A stretch of 12,949 bases of DNA from an uncultured bacterium (GTDB taxonomy: Bacteria; Lernaellota; Lernaellaia; Lernaellales; Lernaellaceae): the NCBI GenBank assembly GCA_964534375.1, contig CAZHPN010000169.1:1-12949 (forward strand). The letters run 5' to 3'. Position 1 is the stretch's first letter, and each line of letters starts with the position of its first letter. The translations under genes and the position numbers were made by a program. Shown here piece after piece: positions 1 through 6,685 of the stretch. The notes beneath the pieces are model-generated. The model saw only the letters and a program-made list of their open reading frames with translations. It ran no database searches and was not told the origin of the DNA.

Positions 1-257
1 GATTACTTTCAAAAATTTTTCACCTTTTATTTCCCATGTTTACGTCGGTTGGGCTGGATACTGCGGTTCCATGCCGCCAACAAACGTCAGGCATGGCAAC
101 CCGCTTCGTCACGAAATCGGCTTCGTCGGCGCAGTTTGTCCGCCCGGCGAACCGAGTTCGAGCGAGGTTGGGTTGGAGGTTCGCGCGACGAGTCGCGCAT
201 TGAGCCGGCATTTATGCAAGAGGCTCTTAAGTCTTCGCGTCTGAAACCGTGCGGGCG

Positions 258-1442
258 TCAGTCGGCGGGTTGGAGATGGTCGACCCAATCGGTCTCGTCG
301 TACACGAGTTGCCCGATCCAGTCATAGAGCGAGACGCCGTCGACCGCGTAGTTCGGCCCGCCCGGCAGCAACGGCTCGTAGCACGTATGCGAATTGCCCG
401 AGATCAAGAATCGGGCAAACCGGTCCGGATAATCCGCCTTGACCTCGTCGGTCACATCGCGCAGCAGCTCGGCGAACGCGTCCTTGTCCATCTGGAGAAA
501 CAGCCGCGAAATGACAAAATCGTGCCACGAGGAAAACATCCCGACTTTCAATTGGGGGTCGATTGCCATCCACAACTCGTACAAGTACGTCAGAATGGTC
601 CCCGAACATTGCGCGCATTCCGTCGGCACGTGCAGGTTCCACGCCTTCTTGATCGTCGCCCACGTCCCCGGCTTCGATGGGTTCCAGAAGCCGACGCCCG
701 AATCCGAGAGGATGTACGTGCGCGCGTTCATGAATTGCGATTTGACGATCGGCCACCCCTCGTACGTGCCGAAACCGCCGGCGCTCGCGCCCGTGACCAG
801 CACGCGTTGCGCGTTGGGGAACAGCCTCCCGGCCAGCGCCGCCGCGGCGGCCGTTTGCCGCAGACCGCGGTGGTGCACCTCTTCGCCGCCCTCGATGTCG
901 TCGGCGTCGCCCGTGTGGATCGAATCATCGCAATACGGCACGTAGACGAAATTCCAATCGCGCAGCGGATTGACCGCGTCGCGGTTGCGATAGCCGAGGT
1001 CGAACAACGCATCCACATCGATGTCCAGCGAATATCCGGGCCAGCTTGCGCCGCCGCCTTCCATGAAAAACATCACGTCGTCGCTGGCGCCGTACGAAAC
1101 CGCCACATTTGCCGGGCCGCCGTGATAGCACTGAATGTCGCTGGTGGAAAAAGTGTAAACCGTGTAGCCGTTGTACGACGGTTCGCTGCTCACCGGCTTG
1201 ATGTCGAGGTAGGGCAGAAAACCCAGTTCGGCGAAAATTTGTTCGGCCAGCGCGGTGTTGAACGCCGGGGGGCTGACGATGTCGTCGTCGGTCGGGGAAT
1301 CGTCGCCGGCGGCCGGCGGCGAGTCGTCGTCCGCGGCGGCCGGCGCCGCGTGCGACGCGGCCGTCGAACCGGCGCACCCCGCGAGCGCCGCCGCGACCAG
1401 GACCGTCAACAAGGCCAACAAGGGAAAACGCAGAGAGTTCAT
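258..1442 (-). CDS. Pectinacetylesterase (PAE/Notum-like alpha/beta hydrolase) family lipoprotein, 394 aa
   Basis: ATG at 1442 preceded by SD AGGAGAGG. Lipoprotein signal MNSLRFPLLALLTVLVAAALAG-C (lipobox LAGC), then an acidic linker. Family motifs FFMEGGG, WNFVYVPYC, nucleophile elbow VTGASAGGFG (GxSxG), SDSG and C-terminal GNSHT. Confidence 0.85.
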   Translation of the reverse strand: MNSLRFPLLALLTVLVAAALAGCAGSTAASHAAPAAADDDSPPAAGDDSPTDDDIVSPPAFNTALAEQIFAELGFLPYLDIKPVSSEPSYNGYTVYTFSTSDIQCYHGGPANVAVSYGASDDVMFFMEGGGASWPGYSLDIDVDALFDLGYRNRDAVNPLRDWNFVYVPYCDDSIHTGDADDIEGGEEVHHRGLRQTAAAAALAGRLFPNAQRVLVTGASAGGFGTYEGWPIVKSQFMNARTYILSDSGVGFWNPSKPGTWATIKKAWNLHVPTECAQCSGTILTYLYELWMAIDPQLKVGMFSSWHDFVISRLFLQMDKDAFAELLRDVTDEVKADYPDRFARFLISGNSHTCYEPLLPGGPNYAVDGVSLYDWIGQLVYDETDWVDHLQPAD

Positions 1443-1553
1443 TTTCCTCTCCTTCGTGCATTCGCCGGCAAATTCTGTGTCGTTATTTACAGGTCGCTGT
1501 TTTTCATGTGAGCACAGACGCGGCCGGCACGTCAACCGGGGCGGCGGCGGCGA

Positions 1554-4100
1554 CTACGGAACCTTCGAAGCCAGAAGACGGGCAATGTCCGCGATTTCTT
1601 GGTCCGCCGTGTCGGACCGGAGGCGCTGCAACGTTGTTTTGGCTTCGGCGGACTTTCCGGATGCGATCAACGCGCGGGCCAATTCCAGCAGCGTCAGGTC
1701 GCGGCATTCGCGGCAGCCGTCGCTCGACGCCAAATGGTCGCGCACGAGTTTTTCGGCCTGCGCGGCGTCGCCGGCTTGCCGCAGCCGCGCCGACCGCTGC
1801 AGCAGGCTTTGCGTCATCGACAACGCGGCGTCGCGTTGCGGAATCGCGCCCGCGGCCGGAAACGCCGCGGCCCCGTCGGTCGCCGGAAGAGCCGCCGCCA
1901 AATGGGCTTCGGCGATCAGCGCGTCGGCGCCGCCGGCGCTCGCGCCGGCCAAGGCGGCGCGAAACAACGTCGCCGCCAGCGGCCGCTCGCCGCGCAATTC
2001 GGCCTGTTCGCCGAAACGGACGAGCGTCGCGGCGCGGGTCTCGGGCGGCCAATATTCGCTCTCGGCCAGCGTCAGTTTTTCGGCGTCAGTCGCGGCGCCG
2101 CCGTCAAGCAGAAAAGCAAAATACCAGCGCGTGGCTGCCAACCGCGTCGCACCGCCCGCCGGGCTTTCGGCGATGAAGCTGCGGATGATCCCGTCGATCG
2201 TCTCCCGGGGCGCACCTTGCGTCGCCAGCGCGAACAAGCGCGACAGAGTCCGGTCCGTTTCGGAGTCGCTGAGATCCGGTCGTCGCAACAGCCACGACAG
2301 ATCCGCCGTTTCGGCAAGCCGGTCGTCGAAATCGGCGAGGCACGACAAATACGAAACAAAAGCGGCTTCGAACGGCTGATGATGCCGGAAAAACGAACGA
2401 TATCTTGGCTCCGCCTCTTCCCGGCGGCCGGCGAAGCACGCACGTCGCGCCCGTTGCAAATATCGTTGGTTGCCGTAGTGATGCCGCGATTCGTAGATAT
2501 CCAACAGCGCGGCGAAGTTCGCGTCGGCTTCCCAGGCAACGGCGCGCTCGGTATTCCGGTACATTTGGAATTCATAGTCGTCGTTGTACGGAAAACGGTC
2601 GATCAACGCGAAATGCGCGCGATTTTCCAGAAACACGGCGTGCCGGAGCACCGCGTGTACGTCGTAATAAGGCGTCTTTACGGCTTCCGCGACGCCAGCG
2701 ACCCGCCGCTGCACCACCACGTAATACTGCGCGTCGGCCATCATCGCCTCGATGCGGTCCGTCGGCGCCGGCTCCGCCCAGGAGCGCAGATAGGCAAAAC
2801 GGGCGTCGGCGACCTCGAGCGTCGTCCAGACCTGCTTCGGCGAGATCAGTTCCCGCGGCGCCACGATTTCGAGCGTCCCCAGGCCGAACCGCCGCGTCGC
2901 CGCCAGGATGTGCGCCGTCGCCGCCGCCTCTTCGTCGCCGGGACGGTCGGCCAAACCCCACGTCGGCGGATCGGTCGCCGGGGCCAGAACGCGAAACAGC
3001 GGGCCGCCCGGCGGCGTCCAGAGCAGCGTCGCGGCCACGGCGTAGTAGAAAAACAGCATCCGAACTGCGACCCGGCCACGCGGACGAAAGGCGTCCGGCG
3101 CGGTCGGCAGCGCGGAAATGAGGAGCATCGCGACGGCGGGGAAGATATACCAATCGCGCTTGGTGCCAATGAGGGAATAGAAAGCCAGACCGAGCAAGCC
3201 GGCGAAAAAGGGCGCGAGGTTCGCTGGCGAAAACGAGCGCCGGGCCGGTTGGCGCAGAGCCAGCGCCAGGCCGACCGCAAACGGCGCCAGGTTGAAGCCG
3301 AACGACACAGTTTTCAGGTAATACCACCACAACGGGGCCTTTTCCGGGGTGAAGCCGCGCAGGTCCACCGCAAACTCGCCGCCGAACTTGCGGAGTTGCG
3401 GCAGATACCAGACTGCGGCGACGACCGAGCATCCCAACAAGCGCCACAGGCGGCGGGCCAACAGCGGCCGGAGGCGTTCGTCCGCGCCGCACGCCAACAG
3501 CACGTGCACGGCCAGCATCGGCGCCACCACAACGAACGCCACCGCCTTGGTCAGCAGGCACAGGCCAAGGACCGCGCCCGAGAAAAGCGACCGCGTCGCC
3601 GTCTTCTCAAAACGAGGGTCGAGCAGCAGCCAACAAGCCAGGCCCGTCGCCGCGACCAGCCCCATTTCGAGATTGCCGGAAACCGCGATTTTGAACCAGA
3701 CCGGATTCGCCAGCAGCGCCAGGACGAACACCTGCGACAACAAGCGATCTTTGGTCGCGGCGAGCGCGGCCAGATAGAAAAAGACGACGGCCGCGACGCC
3801 CAGCGCCAGATTGGTCGCCAGAAATGCCGCGGCCGACGGCGTGACCAGCCACATCGCCGCCATCAAGAGGAAGGTCAACGGCGGATAGCGGACCGGCAGA
3901 CTTTGCAGGAACGAAAGCGCGTCGCCCGGCTGATGCTGCAAGATGCCGGCGAGAACCAGCGCGTGCTCCATGTGAAACTCGGCGTCATGCCCGTACGGAA
4001 TGCCTATCGAGAACAAGTGGTAAGCGTTGCCGACAAAGATCGACAAGACGGTCGCAATGAACAAACTGCGGTGGAGAACAGTCGGACGCGGCCAAGTCAT
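1554..4100 (-). CDS. GT-C fold (ArnT/PMT-like, GT39/GT83-like) polytopic membrane glycosyltransferase with C-terminal TPR-like helical region, about 848 aa
   Basis: Many hydrophobic segments in the N-terminal half with GT-C-like motifs (GHDAEFH after TM1, YPPL, LLTK, WYL, KRDWYIFP). Ala/Leu-rich helical repeats at the C-terminus (e.g. LLELARALIASGKSAEAKTTLQRL). Start placed at ATG 4100 (MTWPRP); the upstream ORF extension runs through non-coding-looking repeats. Confidence 0.75.
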   Translation of the reverse strand: MTWPRPTVLHRSLFIATVLSIFVGNAYHLFSIGIPYGHDAEFHMEHALVLAGILQHQPGDALSFLQSLPVRYPPLTFLLMAAMWLVTPSAAAFLATNLALGVAAVVFFYLAALAATKDRLLSQVFVLALLANPVWFKIAVSGNLEMGLVAATGLACWLLLDPRFEKTATRSLFSGAVLGLCLLTKAVAFVVVAPMLAVHVLLACGADERLRPLLARRLWRLLGCSVVAAVWYLPQLRKFGGEFAVDLRGFTPEKAPLWWYYLKTVSFGFNLAPFAVGLALALRQPARRSFSPANLAPFFAGLLGLAFYSLIGTKRDWYIFPAVAMLLISALPTAPDAFRPRGRVAVRMLFFYYAVAATLLWTPPGGPLFRVLAPATDPPTWGLADRPGDEEAAATAHILAATRRFGLGTLEIVAPRELISPKQVWTTLEVADARFAYLRSWAEPAPTDRIEAMMADAQYYVVVQRRVAGVAEAVKTPYYDVHAVLRHAVFLENRAHFALIDRFPYNDDYEFQMYRNTERAVAWEADANFAALLDIYESRHHYGNQRYLQRARRACFAGRREEAEPRYRSFFRHHQPFEAAFVSYLSCLADFDDRLAETADLSWLLRRPDLSDSETDRTLSRLFALATQGAPRETIDGIIRSFIAESPAGGATRLAATRWYFAFLLDGGAATDAEKLTLAESEYWPPETRAATLVRFGEQAELRGERPLAATLFRAALAGASAGGADALIAEAHLAAALPATDGAAAFPAAGAIPQRDAALSMTQSLLQRSARLRQAGDAAQAEKLVRDHLASSDGCRECRDLTLLELARALIASGKSAEAKTTLQRLRSDTADQEIADIARLLASKVP

Positions 4101-4112
4101 TGCGACCAACCC

Positions 4113-4155
4113 AAAAAGTTGCGTCCCGGGGCGGCGGCTGGCCGCCCGGGGCAAC
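4113..4155 (-). terminator. Intrinsic-terminator-like hairpin plus U-tract just upstream of the GT-C gene start
   Basis: Minus strand reads GTTGCCCCGGGCGGC-CAGCC-GCCGCCCCGGGACGCAAC-TTTTT, ending 12 nt before ATG 4100. Confidence 0.45.
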
Positions 4156-4213
4156 AGGTCAACAGGCGCCAAGTATACAAGCGCGGCCGTGTTTGCGGGA
4201 GCGGCTCGCGAAG

Positions 4214-4276
4214 CGGGGAACCGGGAGCCAGAAGTCAGAAGACGGAAACCGGACAGTGAATGGCGGGAGATTGGAG
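4214..4276 (+). repeat. Degenerate 7-bp-period purine-rich tandem array
   Basis: cggggaa ccgggag ccagaag tcagaag acggaaa ccggaca gtgaatg gcgggag attggag: nine units in 7-nt register. Confidence 0.5.
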
Positions 4277-4297
4277 GGGGGGGGACCGCAAGGCCGC

Positions 4298-4323
4298 GGG
4301 CGGGCACGGAGACCCGCCCCTGC
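4298..4323 (-). repeat. REP-like palindrome
   Basis: Minus strand GCAG-GGGCGGG-TCTCCGTG-CCCGCCC: a GTAG-like tetranucleotide foot followed by a 7-bp GC stem, the usual architecture of GTAG-family REPs. Confidence 0.55.
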
Positions 4324-4343
4324 TTCTTTTCACCGGCGGCGGC

Positions 4344-4352
4344 TGGTACAAT
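4344..4352 (+). promoter_or_regulatory. Extended -10 sigma70-type promoter for the aldo/keto reductase gene
   Basis: TG-G-TACAAT at 4344-4352, about 30 nt upstream of ATG 4385; SD GGAGG at 4372-4376. Confidence 0.55.
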
Positions 4353-4384
4353 TCGGCGCGAAGAAATGGGCGGAGGTTAAACCC

Positions 4385-5542
4385 ATGCAGTATCGTCGAT
4401 TCGGCGCGCTCGATTGGCAGGTTTCGGCTCTCGGCTTCGGCTGCATGCGGCTGCCGACCAGCGACGGTCAGCCGATGAGTCCGCAGATTGACGAACCAGA
4501 GGCGATCCGGATGATTCGCCGCGCGATCGACGCCGGCGTCAATTACGTCGACACCGCCTACCCCTACCACGCCGGCGCCAGCGAGGTCGTGGTCGGCAAG
4601 GCGTTGCGCGACGGCTATCGCGAAAAAGTGCGGCTGGCAACCAAATCGCCGACGTGGTTCCTCACCGCGCCCGGCGATTTCGATAAATACATCGCCGAAC
4701 AACTCGCGCGCCTGCAAACGGACCATATCGACTTCTACCTGCTGCACGCCCTCGACAAAGCGCGCTGGAACGACACCGTGCTCCGGCTCGGGGTGCTCGA
4801 ACGCGCCGAAGCGGCGATCCGCGACGGCCGCATCGGCTGGCTCGGGTTCTCGTTTCACGACGACGCCGACGCCTTTCGGACGATCGTCGACGGCTTCGAT
4901 CGCTGGACCTTCTGCCAGGTGCAATACAACTATATGGACATCGAGAACCAGGCCGGAACGGCGGGCGTCCGGCACGCGGCGGCGAAGGGTTTGGCCGTCG
5001 TCATCATGGAGCCGCTGCTCGGCGGCCGGCTCGCGAACCAGCCGCGGCGCATCCGCGAGATCCTCGACCGCCGCGCGCCCGGCCGTTCGCCGGCGGACCT
5101 CGCCTTGCAGTGGGTCTGGGACCAGCCCGAAGTGTCCGTCGTGCTCAGCGGAATGACGGCGATGCCGCAGGTCGAGGAGAATCTGGCGTCGGCGGCGAAC
5201 GCGGCGGTCGGCGCGCTGACGGCGGCGGACCGCGAATTGATCGCCGAATTGCGCGCGGCGTATCTCGCGGGCAATCCGATTCCGTGCACCAAGTGCAGTT
5301 ATTGCCAGCCCTGCCCCAACGGCGTGGAGATCGTGCGGAACTTCGAACTGTACAACGACGGTTTCATCCACGAAGACGTGCGCACGTCGCGCCGCGTCTA
5401 CACGATCTTTCTGGCCGAGGGGCAGCGCGGCGGGGCCTGCCTCGCGTGCCGCGCCTGCGAAGAACTCTGCCCGCAGAAAATTCCGATCAGCGACTGGCTG
5501 AAAAAGGTCCACGCGGTCCTGGCCGAGGACCAGCCGTACTGA
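4385..5542 (+). CDS. Aldo/keto reductase with C-terminal 4Fe-4S dicluster domain (COG1453-like), 385 aa
   Basis: SD GGAGG then ATG 4385 (MQYRRFG). AKR motifs LGFGCMRLP, DTAYPYH, LATK, TDHIDFYLLH, GFSFH, QYNY. Cys clusters CTKCSYCQPCP and CLACRACEELCPQ. Confidence 0.93.
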   Translation: MQYRRFGALDWQVSALGFGCMRLPTSDGQPMSPQIDEPEAIRMIRRAIDAGVNYVDTAYPYHAGASEVVVGKALRDGYREKVRLATKSPTWFLTAPGDFDKYIAEQLARLQTDHIDFYLLHALDKARWNDTVLRLGVLERAEAAIRDGRIGWLGFSFHDDADAFRTIVDGFDRWTFCQVQYNYMDIENQAGTAGVRHAAAKGLAVVIMEPLLGGRLANQPRRIREILDRRAPGRSPADLALQWVWDQPEVSVVLSGMTAMPQVEENLASAANAAVGALTAADRELIAELRAAYLAGNPIPCTKCSYCQPCPNGVEIVRNFELYNDGFIHEDVRTSRRVYTIFLAEGQRGGACLACRACEELCPQKIPISDWLKKVHAVLAEDQPY

Positions 5543-5548
5543 ATGGGC

Positions 5549-5570
5549 CGGCGCGCCGGTTGTCGCGCCG
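5549..5570. terminator. GC hairpin between the convergent AKR and PilZ genes
   Basis: cggcgcg-ccggttgt-cgcgccg, 6 nt after the AKR stop; no U-tract. Confidence 0.35.
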
Positions 5571-5603
5571 CCGTCGAATCTGATAACGATATCCTGCCGC
5601 CGC

Positions 5604-6272
5604 TCAGTCGTAATGAAGCGTCGCGATGTACTCGGCCAATTTCCGGTCGCCGTCGTCGATGAAATGGATGAACTGCACGGCGAAGCCCGGATTCGAACCC
5701 TGTTCCTCGGCCATTTGCGGCGAGATCGCGTACACGACGCGGCCCGTGACGCGAACGACCTCCATGTTCATGGCGATGACCAGCGTCAACTCGACGGTGG
5801 CGTTGTAGTCCGGCGTCTCGCGGGAGACCACGAAAATTCCGCCCTGGCTGATGTCTTGCGTGTACCGCTCGAAGAGTTCCTTCGGGTCTTCGAAAATGAC
5901 CTTGACGATCTTCCCGTAGCGCGGGGTCTGGCGCCGATCTTTGAACGTGTCGACCATTTTGAGCAGAAAATCGACGTACCGCTCCGGCCGGTCGGTCAAT
6001 TCGACGCCCATGCACATTTTCATGCCGGCCAATACGGCGAGGTGATCCGCCGTGGTAGTCCAGCGAACCTGGCCCGTCGCTTCGATGGGCTCTTTTTCCG
6101 GCTCGATGCTCAACCGCAGGACCGTGCCCGGGTTGAAAACCTTGTGGCTGGAAATCTCCATGCCGCCCAGCGACAGATTTTTCGCAAATCCGACGAACTG
6201 GGGGGTTTGTTCCCCGAACCGGACGGGACACCGTTTGGAGATGCGTTTCTGCATTCGACGTGAGGCTCTCAT
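5604..6272 (-). CDS. Tandem PilZ-domain protein (putative c-di-GMP receptor; second domain TIGR02266-like), 222 aa
   Basis: SD GGGGAGG upstream of ATG 6272. Domain 1 has RISKR and NLSLGG; domain 2 has RQTPR and DISQGG. Both match RxxxR and (D/N)xSxxG, followed by G-x-V-x-W/Y and G-x-x-F/L strands. Confidence 0.88.
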   Translation of the reverse strand: MRASRRMQKRISKRCPVRFGEQTPQFVGFAKNLSLGGMEISSHKVFNPGTVLRLSIEPEKEPIEATGQVRWTTTADHLAVLAGMKMCMGVELTDRPERYVDFLLKMVDTFKDRRQTPRYGKIVKVIFEDPKELFERYTQDISQGGIFVVSRETPDYNATVELTLVIAMNMEVVRVTGRVVYAISPQMAEEQGSNPGFAVQFIHFIDDGDRKLAEYIATLHYD

Positions 6273-6400
6273 GGTTGCGTCTTCCTCCCCGCTCAGGCGA
6301 ATCGATCGTGATGTTGGGTATGCTGCGTCAACACATTCGGTAACTTCAGCACAGCGTTCAAACTGCAATTCTCGTCGTTGAATCTGCGTTGCGTGGGCCG

Positions 6401-6430
6401 ATAGTACCGCCGCGCGGGCGGCGTTGTCAC
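6401..6430 (-). promoter_or_regulatory. Putative sigma70 promoter for the PilZ gene
   Basis: Minus strand GTGACA (6430-6425), 18-nt spacer, TACTAT (6406-6401); implies a 5' UTR of about 120 nt. Confidence 0.45.
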
Positions 6431-6540
6431 CCTTTTTTGTCGGCCGACGCGATTATTTAGCGGTCGACCGCCGGCGGAAAATCCCTCGCTCTTCCCGGTC
6501 CCGGGGTTCGAGTTCGGGCGTCCACAGATTACAGATAGAG

Positions 6541-6680
6541 CGGGATTCGGGATTCGGGATTCGGGATTCGGCCGGGCAACTCATGCGGAGTCGCGCACGC
6601 CGCGCAGAGCCGGACATCGCCGGTCTCTGCGGCGTCTCCGTGTGACGCCCGAAATTCCGCATTCCGCATTCCGCATTCCG
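6541..6680. repeat. 140-bp nested imperfect palindrome with heptamer tandem-repeat arms
   Basis: (CGGGATT)x4 at 6541-6568 and (ATTCCGC)x3+ATTCCG at 6654-6680 enclose paired segments cgggc/gcccg, tcatgcggag/ctccgtgtga, acgcc/ggcgt, gcagag/ctctgc and ccgg/ccgg around loop acatcg. Confidence 0.85.
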
Positions 6681-6685
6681 AAGCA

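Noticed and set aside
1..37. Start of a further minus-strand gene (TTG at 12-10, MKVI..., SD AGGTGA)
   Set aside because: Only four codons lie in the window, too little to call.
249..4259. Long plus-strand ORFs 249-1511, 1255-2379 and 1599-4259
   Set aside because: Antisense shadows of the minus-strand genes: Arg/Ala/Gly-rich, no motifs, and expected in high-GC DNA.
4276..4284. G9 tract as a phase-variation switch
   Set aside because: It is intergenic and not between recognisable -35/-10 boxes or in a credible coding frame; no support without read data.
4100..4384. N-terminal extensions of the GT-C ORF (to 4307) and AKR ORF (from 4100), which would overlap
   Set aside because: The extensions translate repeats and hairpins. 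The AKR has a clear SD and family-typical start at 4385, and the GT-C hydrophobic domain begins after ATG 4100.
6273..6400. c-di-GMP riboswitch in the PilZ gene leader
   Set aside because: No recognisable c-di-GMP-I (GEMM) or -II consensus by eye; only a modest tgttg/caaca hairpin. An Rfam scan would settle it.
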